DNA of 38,814 nucleotides from a virus (Duplodnaviria > Caudoviricetes). The position numbers were made by a program, and so were the translations under genes. Shown here piece by piece: positions 26,624 through 35,206 of this stretch (position 1 is its first letter; each line of letters opens with the position of its first letter). The DNA is taken from positions 1 through 38,814 of IMG/VR virus record IMGVR_UViG_3300019996_000012. The stretch is one strand, 5' to 3'. The notes beneath the pieces are model-generated. The model ran no database searches and had not been told where the DNA came from. It saw only the letters and a list, made by a program, of their open reading frames with translations.

Positions 26624-27352
26624 ATGTCAAATATTGGGAAAGGGGCAACAGGGACAATATTGCAAGGCGCGGGAACGGGCGCATCTCCTAATTTTTCAAC
26701 TGCAACATATCCTGCAACCGCTACTGGAACGGGAACCTTATTAAGAGCTGACGGTACAAACTGGTCTGCGACTACTTCTACCTATCCAAATACAAACGCA
26801 GTGAGCACTCTTTTATATGCATCTTCAGCAAACGTGATGTCAGCGCTAGCAACAGCAAATAGTGCAATTTTAGCAACAAATAGTTCTGGGGTTCCTTCCA
26901 TTACAGCTGCTTCGGGAAATTGGTTAAATACTGCGAGGAGTGCTTTTGCAGCGTCTCTTTCTGGAAACGTAACGAACGCAACTGGAGATAATACCACCTA
27001 TACAATAGCTTTTGATACAGAAGCATTTGATCAGGGCAATGATTTTGCAACAAATACTTTCACTGCTCCTGTGACTGGAAAATATATGTTTAATTATCAA
27101 ATATCATTGTCAAATTTAGGAGCTGCACACACCTCTGCAATCGTTACAATTGCTGGCATAAATACAGCTAGATTTCAACCATTTGTAATCGTGAGTTCTG
27201 GAGGAATAGTAACTTTTGGAGGTTCTATTTTCGTCTCCTTAACGGCTGCCGCGACTGTAACAATGGCAGTTACGGTTTCAGGAAGCACCAAAACGGTAAC
27301 AGTTGTCGGAGGAACTTCAGGAACGACAATGTCAGGATATCTAGTGTGTTAA
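26624..27352 (+). CDS. Tail fibre with C-terminal C1q-like domain
   Basis: 'AFAA...........IAFDTEAFDQGNDF..NTFTAPVTGKYMF...MSGYLV' gC1q signature. Confidence 0.8.
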   Translation: MSNIGKGATGTILQGAGTGASPNFSTATYPATATGTGTLLRADGTNWSATTSTYPNTNAVSTLLYASSANVMSALATANSAILATNSSGVPSITAASGNWLNTARSAFAASLSGNVTNATGDNTTYTIAFDTEAFDQGNDFATNTFTAPVTGKYMFNYQISLSNLGAAHTSAIVTIAGINTARFQPFVIVSSGGIVTFGGSIFVSLTAAATVTMAVTVSGSTKTVTVVGGTSGTTMSGYLVC

Positions 27353-27559
27353 TTGGTGATGATTTATTAAGAAAAGGACTTCTTCGTAAGCCTGTGTCTT
27401 TCCTGCAAGTTCCCAGTAGCGTTCGTTAAATATATGTTTTGTTTGATGAACATGAAATTCTTGTGTTGTAAAATACTGAAGTGTTTCAACCCTGTTTTGA
27501 AATTCTTCGCAGAAAAAACAAGCACAAAATAAAGTAAAAGAAAGAGAAAATTTTTTCAT
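27341..27559 (-). CDS. Hypothetical protein with hydrophobic N-terminus
   Basis: 72-aa ORF convergent on the C1q gene; GGGGTG RBS. Confidence 0.45.
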   Translation of the reverse strand: MKKFSLSFTLFCACFFCEEFQNRVETLQYFTTQEFHVHQTKHIFNERYWELAGKTQAYEEVLFLINHHQLTH

Positions 27560-27576
27560 AACACCCCGGAGTTTTT

Positions 27577-27729
27577 ATGCCATTAAAACATGGTAAATCA
27601 AAAAAAGCAATAAGTTCGAATATTAAGGAAGAATCAAAAACGCACCCACGCAAACAAGCCATTGCAATCGCTTTGAGCGAAGCTAGAAAATCAGGTGCTA
27701 AAATACCTAAAAAAGGAAAAAAGAAATGA
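27577..27729 (+). CDS. Small basic protein, DUF6496-like
   Basis: MPLKHGKSKKAISSNIKEESKTHPRKQAIAIALSEARKSGAKIPKKGKKK; GGAG RBS. Missed by the ORF track. Confidence 0.85.
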   Translation: MPLKHGKSKKAISSNIKEESKTHPRKQAIAIALSEARKSGAKIPKKGKKK

Positions 27730-27892
27730 AATATGATCATATGAAAAATGTTCCCTATCAATTGTTTACACCAGAAGCAGAAAGGCTTTGTGAAAAAGAG
27801 AAAATGGAACGCAGAGAAGCAAAAGAACATTATATAAAGGGCATTCAAGGTGTAGATGGAGGGCCATTTCCAAGCAAAGGCCAATACCAAAG

Positions 27893-28000
27893 ATGAGATT
27901 TGTACCGATACTTTTTATGCTAATGATGAACTCTTGCGTGAGATTGCCCGACAGTTATTTTGCAGATGTAAAAATTGAAAGTGAATCACAAGTCAAATAA
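27893..28000 (+). CDS. Possible small lipoprotein (35 aa)
   Basis: MRFVPILFMLMMNSC-VRLPD...: basic N-terminus, hydrophobic core, Cys15. Confidence 0.4.
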   Translation: MRFVPILFMLMMNSCVRLPDSYFADVKIESESQVK

Positions 28001-28050
28001 ATACCAAAGAAGTATACTGACAATGGCATCAGCATACTTCTACGTAGGTT

Positions 28051-28839
28051 CTAAGCGGCTTTTGCAAGCTCTTTAATTTTCCATTTTGCGAAATCTGTTT
28101 CAAATTTTTCTCTATTTTGGTAGTCAAAGAGTGTGTCTTTAATTGTTTTCTTCCAATGTTGAGAATATTTCTTAAGATAGGTTTTCATCATTTCCTGATC
28201 CTCTGGAAGATATTCACGAACATGTTCAATAATCAATTGTTCGGCTACTTCAGGATTTTCAGGCTCTTTTTCTTCAGCTATAGTTTCGATGATTTCGCAT
28301 TTAGCATCACGAATCTCTCCTTCAACATAAGCCGTTCCTAATATATCTGGAGCAAGTCTTCGACCCAATTTAGATATGGCTCGTGCAAAATACATGTCTT
28401 CAGGATTTTGTTTCCATGGTCCACGATTGATTACACCGGCTCTTGCTGCATCTTCCTCAAGAAATTTAGCTTCACAGGTATCACCAGAATCGGGTCTTGT
28501 TCCTTCTAAGATACACCCCTTAGCATCTAAACGTTTAACTGTGATCTTAATTCCTGCGCGGCGCATCATCGCATTGATCATACGTGCGGAGATTTCAACT
28601 TTGCCTTGAATGTTCCATAATCCACCATTTAAGGCAGCCATTGGAGGAATGCCAAGTTCTTTGGCAGCCAAAAGAATCATAAATATCTTATTTTCTCCGC
28701 CCACGCCAGAATACAAACCGGAATTGGCGGCGTTTCTGGCAACAGTTTGTAATATCATTAGTTCGTTTTGACTTGGTATTGTTTCATTATTTGTCTTCTT
28801 AATTTCTAATTCTTTTTCTTGCATATTATTTCCTTCCAT
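28051..28839 (-). CDS. RecT/Red-beta-like single-strand annealing protein
   Basis: 'ILLAAKELGIPPMAALNG.LWNIQGKVEISA..INA','F..EDA.RAG.....W..NPEDM.FARA.....R...PD.LG..Y..GEI'. Confidence 0.8.
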   Translation of the reverse strand: MEGNNMQEKELEIKKTNNETIPSQNELMILQTVARNAANSGLYSGVGGENKIFMILLAAKELGIPPMAALNGGLWNIQGKVEISARMINAMMRRAGIKITVKRLDAKGCILEGTRPDSGDTCEAKFLEEDAARAGVINRGPWKQNPEDMYFARAISKLGRRLAPDILGTAYVEGEIRDAKCEIIETIAEEKEPENPEVAEQLIIEHVREYLPEDQEMMKTYLKKYSQHWKKTIKDTLFDYQNREKFETDFAKWKIKELAKAA

Positions 28840-28861
28840 AAAATCTTATTTTAATTTATTG

Positions 28862-28923
28862 TGAGGTTGTCCAGTGAACATCCTCAGCCATCTGTTGGGA
28901 CCGTAGCAATCGTGTTACGGTCT
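28862..28923 (-). promoter_or_regulatory. Two adjacent intergenic hairpins in the recombination operon
   Basis: TGAGGTTGT..ACATCCTCA and GACCGTAGC..GTTACGGTC. Confidence 0.4.
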
Positions 28924-28928
28924 CTTCT

Positions 28929-29477
28929 TTATAGATAGTCCAAAACGTTTTCTTCTTTCTTATCTTTGAAAAAGTGTCTGTATACATCCAAACAAGCTCG
29001 AAAGAGCTTAAAGTTTTGTTCATACAAAAAAATCGTTGCCTCTCCTCCTTGCTTGCATAGCTTCACAAATTCTATTCTGTGAATGTTGTAGCCGGCTTTA
29101 TTGGCTAAATAAAAATAGGCAGATCCCTGTAAACCCCATGTCTGGTTTTCTTTTACTGATGTCTTAAAGTCCACGAGAATATGTTTCCCATTTTCTTCAT
29201 AAATGGCGTCACATTCACCTGTAAGCATTAAATCATCACAATAGAATCTTTCCGGCTTATCTAAAAATTTTTTATCTCCTTTCCACGATTTAAAGCTCTC
29301 AATATATCCAGAAAGTCTTTCGTCATGAATAGGTGAACCCATATCAGATATAATAGCATCACAAATCGAATGAACGGCAGTTCTTCTTTCTCCTGCTTTT
29401 TTAAGAATTTCAGGATCGATGTGTTTCAATCCTGAAAATGGCTCTAGTACCGTCGTAACGCGGGTATAATCCTTCAT
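28929..29477 (-). CDS. PD-(D/E)XK exonuclease (Cas4/RecB-like)
   Basis: 'YTRVTTVL','TAVH','E...Y.....TGECDAI......LVDFKTS','W.LQ.SAY'. Confidence 0.85.
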   Translation of the reverse strand: MKDYTRVTTVLEPFSGLKHIDPEILKKAGERRTAVHSICDAIISDMGSPIHDERLSGYIESFKSWKGDKKFLDKPERFYCDDLMLTGECDAIYEENGKHILVDFKTSVKENQTWGLQGSAYFYLANKAGYNIHRIEFVKLCKQGGEATIFLYEQNFKLFRACLDVYRHFFKDKKEENVLDYL

Positions 29478-29827
29478 ATGATGTCCTCATAAAAATCTTC
29501 ATACCGCGCTCTGCCAATTTCTTCTCGACTCCATTCTTGAAGTAATGTTTTCATTTTGCTAACATCTTCTTCGATTGCTGCAAATTCTTGTTGCGACAAG
29601 AAAAGCAAGTCAGAAATCTTTTCTGCTTCTGGTAATCCTTCGCTGTGAGCAAAAGAAATGATTTTTGCAAACTCTTCTAAATATTCGGGATGTACGATTG
29701 ATTTAAGCTTTGCAAGGGCTGTTCTTTTTTGATTGTACATCTCCTTTTCTATATAATTTTCATAACTCATTTCCTGAGCCATTGAAGAAAAATGCCTCGC
29801 GGCATGTTCCACAGGGTCTAAATACAT
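29474..29827 (-). CDS. Hypothetical protein
   Basis: 117 aa, AGGAG RBS, ATGA overlap with the nuclease gene. Confidence 0.75.
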   Translation of the reverse strand: MYLDPVEHAARHFSSMAQEMSYENYIEKEMYNQKRTALAKLKSIVHPEYLEEFAKIISFAHSEGLPEAEKISDLLFLSQQEFAAIEEDVSKMKTLLQEWSREEIGRARYEDFYEDII

Positions 29828-29828
29828 A

Positions 29829-30008
29829 TTATTCTCCTAAAAATTTACTGATTTCTTTTAAGTTGTTCGCCATTCTGTACATGTCCCAACTTTGGTTCTG
29901 AAGCCACAATTGTACATCTGCACAAAAACGTTTATCTTCATTTGACATTGCTTCGAGTCTTTCACATAAGCTATTGGCTGTTGCGACTAACTCATCTATT
30001 GCATTCAT
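29829..30008 (-). CDS. Hypothetical protein (59 aa)
   Basis: MNAIDELVATANSLCERLE...KFLGE; GGAGG RBS; fills the gap in the operon exactly. Missed by the ORF track. Confidence 0.7.
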   Translation of the reverse strand: MNAIDELVATANSLCERLEAMSNEDKRFCADVQLWLQNQSWDMYRMANNLKEISKFLGE

Positions 30009-30182
30009 TTATTCGCCCTCCATCCATATTTCAAGATCTACTTCATCAACATCGGCGCAGAGCATTCTAACAAAGCATTTATCGCAAATGCATTCCACGT
30101 CTTCATCATCTAGATGTTCATTGCATCCGTGTTGATCGACTAATTTGCAATCCTCACAAATTGCACACTCATATGTATTCAT
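30009..30182 (-). CDS. Small Cys-rich acidic protein
   Basis: MNTYECAICEDC...CICDKC; AAGGA RBS. Confidence 0.6.
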   Translation of the reverse strand: MNTYECAICEDCKLVDQHGCNEHLDDEDVECICDKCFVRMLCADVDEVDLEIWMEGE

Positions 30183-30337
30183 ATTTTTTTCCTTTTTGTT
30201 GACCTTAAACTTTCGTTTATGTATGTTACACACATGTTACAACTGGGTATTCTAAGCAACAGTAACGCACAATATCCAAATGTTAACACCGATATACATT
30301 TTCGTCAAAACAAAAAAGATAAAAATATGAAATACTC

Positions 30338-30556
30338 ATGAATTTAAAAGAATATCTATTTAGAAAAGACATTAGTAGAACTGATTTTGCAAAGTTGGTT
30401 GGTGTCACACGCCAGACTATTTATAAAATTATATGTGGAACTACACCTACACTTGATGTAGCATTGAAAATCGAAGAAGTAACAAATGGTGAAGTAAAAT
30501 GCAAAGATTTATTACAACATAAGAAAACAAAAAAAGAAAATCTTGCTCAGGATTAG
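30338..30556 (+). CDS. Cro/XRE-family HTH regulator
   Basis: 'MNLKEYL....ISRTDFAKLVGVTRQTIYKI..G..P....ALKIEEVTNGEV...DL'. Confidence 0.9.
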   Translation: MNLKEYLFRKDISRTDFAKLVGVTRQTIYKIICGTTPTLDVALKIEEVTNGEVKCKDLLQHKKTKKENLAQD

Positions 30557-30849
30557 GTGTGGGCATCATATCTGTGGTATATCAAAAAATATAATATAAT
30601 AGTAAGAAAAAATGTAACCGCGTATAAATTAAAGTAATCAATATCTATTTCGTTAAAAAACAAAAAAGAATCTAATAATTCCTTCCAGACTTTTTTCATA
30701 CAAAATCTCACATAATTAAACTTTTAATTACGCTTTTTATGAATACGTCAAATCTTTTGTTTATTCAAGTTAAATTTTTAGTTTATAGAAAATATTAGCT
30801 TGAATTAATTTTCGAAAAAAATTATGACTGGAATGTTTAATTAAGAGGT

Positions 30850-30880
30850 GACTAGACAGGGTTAACGGCCCTGCCTAGTC
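30850..30880 (+). promoter_or_regulatory. GC-rich hairpin in an AT-rich intergenic region
   Basis: GACTAGACAGGG-ttaacgg-CCCTGCCTAGTC. Confidence 0.45.
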
Positions 30881-30953
30881 TTATGAAAGTGATATGCGTC
30901 TACATACTAAGAAAAATCTACATTTCCCCACAACTAAAAATTCGGAGTTTTTT

Positions 30954-31265
30954 ATGAAAGTGATTAATTTTTCGAACGATCCTGCAAAAATGCCGCCCCT
31001 ACTATATCTTGAACAGGTTGCTGAACATTGCCCAAAAGCTGTTTCAACTTATCTTTTGATATGGAGAGAAAAAGATAAACAAGGAAAATTGATAATTGAT
31101 AAGGATGAAATCAAAAATAATTACCTCACAACTCTCACAAAATTGAAAAACAACCTCGTCCTGCTAGTGAAAGAGGCTTTAATTTCAATTCATGAAACTC
31201 CTAATGCCCTTCACATAGAGGTTGTAGAGTGGAATGATATAGATTATTCCGATATTGCATGTTAA
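30954..31265 (+). CDS. Hypothetical protein, possible winged-helix
   Basis: GGAG RBS before ATG 30954 (MKVINF...). Confidence 0.65.
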   Translation: MKVINFSNDPAKMPPLLYLEQVAEHCPKAVSTYLLIWREKDKQGKLIIDKDEIKNNYLTTLTKLKNNLVLLVKEALISIHETPNALHIEVVEWNDIDYSDIAC

Positions 31266-31564
31266 AAATTTACTTTTGTGCTGATTGTCATGAAAACATT
31301 GAAAGAGGTCACGAAACTTTCTTTAAAGTTTATGAATTTTTTTGCACACACTACTTGATCAATGGGGATTATTTCGAAAGAAAAATACACAATGAAGATG
31401 ATATTAGTGTCTACACTTTCGCACTCGATTTTCTAGAAAAGTCGGGTTTCATTCTCTCCACAGAAAGCGGAACTCATTCCGTCAAGATAAAGCCCTTAGG
31501 GCACATCGTCAACGAATCTGGTGATACACACCTCTTTTGCATTGACCGTTCGCATTTAGCCTAA
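31259..31564 (+). CDS. Hypothetical protein
   Basis: 101 aa overlapping the previous gene. Confidence 0.65.
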   Translation: MLKIYFCADCHENIERGHETFFKVYEFFCTHYLINGDYFERKIHNEDDISVYTFALDFLEKSGFILSTESGTHSVKIKPLGHIVNESGDTHLFCIDRSHLA

Positions 31565-31665
31565 ATCCCTAGGCTATTTGCAAAAAACACTTCTCACACT
31601 AAAGGGAAAACCAATGTCTGAAAAAATTAACGTGACAAAAGAAAACCGAAGTGATAATGTCGAAC

Positions 31666-31694
31666 AAAAAAAAAGCCCGGCGACTAACCGGGCT
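31666..31694 (-). terminator. Intrinsic terminator on the minus strand
   Basis: AGCCCGG-7-CCGGGCT stem followed by a T-run on the - strand (A-run 31666-31674). Confidence 0.75.
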
Positions 31695-31748
31695 GATTTG
31701 TTTGCTTGTGAGGCTGTAAACTTTCTCAAGCAAGTTTGTGAGTTTCTA
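31666..31748 (-). ncRNA. Predicted ~80-nt antisense RNA upstream of the replication initiator (ctRNA/OOP-like)
   Basis: Minus-strand promoter TTGCAG(31783-78)-17-TATATT(31760-55) plus the terminator at 31666-94. Confidence 0.55.
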
Positions 31749-31800
31749 CCCACAAATATAAAGCCTCACAAGTTTAACTGCAACAACTTTGTGAGGTTTT

Positions 31801-32838
31801 ATGTCTAATTCCGGTTTTATTCAAATTCCAAAATCTTTTTTAACTGGTTTTATTTGGAATAATCTTTCTTTAGAATATCGACACATCTTTACGACAATTC
31901 TAATTCATATGGCGTTTAAACCAACTCAAATGAATTCGTTTGGTCACATTGTGACCGTTCAACCTGGTCAATTTCTTACCACCCTTGAAGATCTTGAAAG
32001 ACTTTGTAAACATAAGAAAATTAAAGAGTCGAAAATTTATCGTGCTTGGCAAAAATTTAATTTAGTTGGAATTTCGAAACAGGAAACGAAACACGGTAAA
32101 ACGCTCATAACTATCACGGAACCAGCGATTTGTGAGTTATTAAAAAATCAAAACGAAACAGGTTTCGACACAAGAACGAAACAAGAACGAAACATAAAAG
32201 AAGAAGATAATAATAATACATATAATATCTCTAAGCGAAAAAATTTATCGGACTCAAAACCTGAAATCGTTGACATCCGAAGTTTTCAACAGGAAACACT
32301 TGAAGAGTCCGATAATATATATGTTGTTGTGTTAGAAGGTCTTAGAATAACAAAAAAATTCCATGAAAAACTTTTGGAAGAAGAGAAGAAGCTTGGTATA
32401 GAAAACTTTGCTGAAAAATGTTACGAACATCTGTCAAACTGGAAAAATGAAAAAATTGCTCTGGGTGAATGCGTAAAGCATACGGACGAAGGGATGATCA
32501 GGAAATGGGTCAAACTGGCAGTTAGAAAGAATGTTGCAGAAGAAAAAGAAGTAGAATTGAAAGAACAAATGAATCTTCAAAGGGCAAGTTATTTATCCGG
32601 TAAGCCATCCACCAGTCAACAATCTAATTTTCAAAAACATAAATCTTTTGCGAGAGAAGAATCCAAAGATTTAGAATCTGAAGATTGCGAACTAAATTTT
32701 GGGCCTTTTGCAGCATTTTTCATTTTCAAAATAACTCAAGGAAACCCTATCGAAATCAAATATAGCGACGAAACCTTCAAAGAAGATTTTCTTTCACAGT
32801 TAGTGCGACATAAATTTAAAAAAAGAAAGGTTGTTTAA
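31801..32838 (+). CDS. Replication initiator protein (lambda O / replisome-organiser-like)
   Basis: N-terminus 'SGFIQIPK......W','VQPGQFLTTLEDL', low-complexity linker carrying iterons; position between the Cro-like gene and SSB/RusA. Confidence 0.75.
   Translation: MSNSGFIQIPKSFLTGFIWNNLSLEYRHIFTTILIHMAFKPTQMNSFGHIVTVQPGQFLTTLEDLERLCKHKKIKESKIYRAWQKFNLVGISKQETKHGKTLITITEPAICELLKNQNETGFDTRTKQERNIKEEDNNNTYNISKRKNLSDSKPEIVDIRSFQQETLEESDNIYVVVLEGLRITKKFHEKLLEEEKKLGIENFAEKCYEHLSNWKNEKIALGECVKHTDEGMIRKWVKLAVRKNVAEEKEVELKEQMNLQRASYLSGKPSTSQQSNFQKHKSFAREESKDLESEDCELNFGPFAAFFIFKITQGNPIEIKYSDETFKEDFLSQLVRHKFKKRKVV
32075..32232 (+). repeat. Iteron-like repeats and AT-rich tract: candidate replication origin
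   Basis: CGAAACA at 32075, 32087, 32154, 32177, 32188 and CGACACA at 32166 (11-12 bp spacing), followed by gataataataatacatataatat. Confidence 0.65.
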
Positions 32839-32959
32839 TGAAATTTATCATTAGAGGATTAAACCTTGTAATTTAATCCAGGATCAAACAAAACACAAAA
32901 AATGTATCTAACCTCGTTTTACAAAAGATAACGTAACCTGATCAAAATTAGAGGCCTCC

Positions 32960-33283
32960 TTGAAGACCGAAATATATGAAGAGAACGGTAAGCTTGTCGA
33001 AAAGACAACGCATGACTTTGATCCAGATCTTTTTCTTAAATCGCTTGATGGCAAAGACAAGATCATTCTACATAACTTCTATGATAGATTTTGGCACTTT
33101 TACGAAATGGTAAAAGCTTGTCGAAAGGCTCTAAAGAAAAGAGAGAACGACGAAAACTGTTGTAAATTTATTGAAAATATTATAGATGTTCATTTGCACA
33201 TTCAAATGGTAGAATTTGCAGCAGAATTATATAAATTAGCAGAATTAGGAAATCCCCCACATGATCGAAATCACACACTATAA
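32960..33283 (+). CDS. Hypothetical protein
   Basis: 107 aa, GAGG RBS before TTG. Confidence 0.6.
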   Translation: MKTEIYEENGKLVEKTTHDFDPDLFLKSLDGKDKIILHNFYDRFWHFYEMVKACRKALKKRENDENCCKFIENIIDVHLHIQMVEFAAELYKLAELGNPPHDRNHTL

Positions 33284-33584
33284 GGCCGTAAACAGAAACT
33301 CACTTCTCGCAACATTCAGCATCAAAGTTCAAAAGTGGGGTGATGCCATAATTCGTGACATGAACTTATTCCAAAAAGGAAACCAAAAATGGATCTCTTT
33401 TCCATCGCGCGCTTATGAAGTTGATGGTCAAAAGAAATACTTTTCTTATTTCGGTTTTGTAGACATAGAAATGCAAAAGAAATTCCTAGAAAAAGTTATG
33501 GAAGCTCTTGAGGAGCATATCAAGAAAAACGAAATCCTCGATGCTCCAGTTCAAGGCGATATCTTTGAGGAAGTTCCTTTCTAA
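33261..33584 (+). CDS. SpoVG/PC4-like single-stranded DNA-binding protein
   Basis: 'LLATFSI.......IRD..LF.KG..KWISFPSR.Y...G..KY' with an acidic SSB-type tail 'DIFEEVPF'. Confidence 0.7.
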   Translation: MIEITHYKAVNRNSLLATFSIKVQKWGDAIIRDMNLFQKGNQKWISFPSRAYEVDGQKKYFSYFGFVDIEMQKKFLEKVMEALEEHIKKNEILDAPVQGDIFEEVPF

Positions 33585-33949
33585 TGAAAAAGATTATCGA
33601 ATTTGTTCTTCCAATAAAAACAGTTTCAGAAGCTAATCGATCAAGCGAACATTGGTCAGCTAAACACAAACGCCATAAAACGCAAAAGAAACAGGTGTGG
33701 CTAGCGTTTAATGCAAACACTGAATCCATCCCCCTGCCTTGCCATATTAAGTTAACACGCTTAAGTTCTCGCAGTCTTGATGACGATAATCTTTTGTTTG
33801 CATTCAAAAGCATTCGGGATTACATTGCAGATAAATTAATCCCAGGTCTTCAAATCGGTCGCGCTGATGGCGATAAAAGAATAACCTGGGAATATGCTCA
33901 AGAAACAGAAAAGAAACAGGCTGTTAAGATTGAGATTTATAATCCATAA
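33584..33949 (+). CDS. RusA-like Holliday junction resolvase
   Basis: 'LP.KT.SEAN...HW','LP..IKLTR...R.LDDDNL...FK.IRD.IAD......D.D.RITWEY.QE'. Confidence 0.8.
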   Translation: MKKIIEFVLPIKTVSEANRSSEHWSAKHKRHKTQKKQVWLAFNANTESIPLPCHIKLTRLSSRSLDDDNLLFAFKSIRDYIADKLIPGLQIGRADGDKRITWEYAQETEKKQAVKIEIYNP

Positions 33950-34226
33950 CAACGTCTTCATACAGAGATCCAGGAGATCCCAATTTGTTATCCAAGTTGT
34001 GTCTCCAATAACTAATTTTCTTACGAAGTTCTAGCTTCGTTTCAGGTTTTGTAATTATTCCTGTTTCATAACCATGAGAATAGCCTCTTCGATATTCTTC
34101 TTCACTCAGCATCTCTAAAAAAACCTCAAAATTTCGTTTCAATGATTCAAACACTTGTTCATTTTCTTTTTGATCATTCAAATCAAGGATCAACATCTCG
34201 AAAATTTCTCTATATTTTGGTTCCAT
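33924..34226 (-). CDS. Hypothetical protein
   Basis: 100 aa, AAGGA RBS. Confidence 0.6.
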   Translation of the reverse strand: MEPKYREIFEMLILDLNDQKENEQVFESLKRNFEVFLEMLSEEEYRRGYSHGYETGIITKPETKLELRKKISYWRHNLDNKLGSPGSLYEDVVMDYKSQS

Positions 34227-34246
34227 ATTTTTCCTTTTTTTATTAT

Positions 34247-34483
34247 TTAGTTCTCCTCAAATTCTCTAAACTTATTTAAGCCCATATTTAAATTCTCATG
34301 AAACATTGTCGCAGCTTCATCCCAGAATTGTATTTGTAAGCATTCAACAATGGTCATCATAACCGTTAAATTTAAGACTCTCATCATAGCATTTATGTCA
34401 TTCTCGCCGTAATGTCTTATTAAGGCATCATGAATAGCTGCGCTTACATCTTTAACGTCTTTTTCTTCTACTTCGTTGAGCAT
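34247..34483 (-). CDS. Hypothetical protein
   Basis: 78 aa, GAGGA RBS. Confidence 0.65.
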   Translation of the reverse strand: MLNEVEEKDVKDVSAAIHDALIRHYGENDINAMMRVLNLTVMMTIVECLQIQFWDEAATMFHENLNMGLNKFREFEEN

Positions 34484-34674
34484 ATTCCTCTCTCGATTAT
34501 TTCCAATCTATTCTTCATATCTACATACATTTTGGCAAGTTCATTATGCCTTGCAAACAATCCTTTGCGCACTTTGTCGTTCGATTCTTTAAACTCTAAA
34601 ACAGTTTTACGTATTAGCTCAATCTCGATTTCTTCTGGTGTCTTGAAAAAATCATATTGAATCTGTAATGCCAT
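34468..34674 (-). CDS. Hypothetical coiled-coil protein
   Basis: 68 aa, GGAGGT RBS; 'QYDFF...DKVRKGLFARHNEL.K...D...RLEIIERGIC'. Confidence 0.75.
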   Translation of the reverse strand: MALQIQYDFFKTPEEIEIELIRKTVLEFKESNDKVRKGLFARHNELAKMYVDMKNRLEIIERGICSTK

Positions 34675-34819
34675 AGATACCTCCGGTTATTGATTCCGGA
34701 GATCATAAATTACGACCATTTATTTGTAAATTTATTTGTATTTTATGAGTAAGTAAAAAAGATTCCTTGACAAAAGTTAGTTTAATGATAATAGTGCAGT
34801 TTCGACAACAAAAGGAACT

Positions 34820-35206
34820 ATGGGAACTCCAGGCGTATTACTTGATAAAGACAAGATATTAAAGGCAATTATTGATAAAAAAGGGATTATTTCTCATGCC
34901 GCTACTCTTGTGCCTTGCAATCCTGTCACCATTTACAATTGGATGGATAAAGACCCAGAAGTTGCCGAAGCAGTAAAAAGTGCGCGTGCAAACGCAGACA
35001 AAGAACGCTTAGACACATTAGAAAGGCTTAAAGAAAAGACCCTTAGCTCAGCAGAAGCGCTTCTAGATGAGTGTGATACGTCAATGACGATATTCTTGAT
35101 GAAATCATTGCTTAAAGTCAGCGAGCATAGCGCAGATTCTACCATCAACGTAATCATCAACGAACAACCTTATCGTGCCAACAATACAGATTCCCCATCA
35201 GTTTGA
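34820..35206 (+). CDS. Terminase small subunit (probable)
   Basis: HTH 'GIISHAA.LV.CNP.TIYNWM.KDPE.AEAV', 'TIFLMK'; overlaps the terL start. Confidence 0.75.
   Translation: MGTPGVLLDKDKILKAIIDKKGIISHAATLVPCNPVTIYNWMDKDPEVAEAVKSARANADKERLDTLERLKEKTLSSAEALLDECDTSMTIFLMKSLLKVSEHSADSTINVIINEQPYRANNTDSPSV

Noticed and set aside
21487-26997. Many minus-strand ORFs opposite the fibre genes
   Set aside because: These are shadow ORFs caused by Thr/Gly/Ala codon bias on the + strand.
27486-27890. 134-aa minus-strand ORF
   Set aside because: It is the antisense shadow of the DUF6496-like and neighbouring + strand genes.
28929-29477. Cas4-like nuclease as evidence of a CRISPR system
   Set aside because: No array or other cas genes; it is paired with a RecT-like annealase as a phage recombination module.
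31578-31808. 76-aa ORF upstream of rep
   Set aside because: It runs through the terminator hairpin and antisense promoter. It could be a leader peptide from ATG ~31614, but support is too weak to call.
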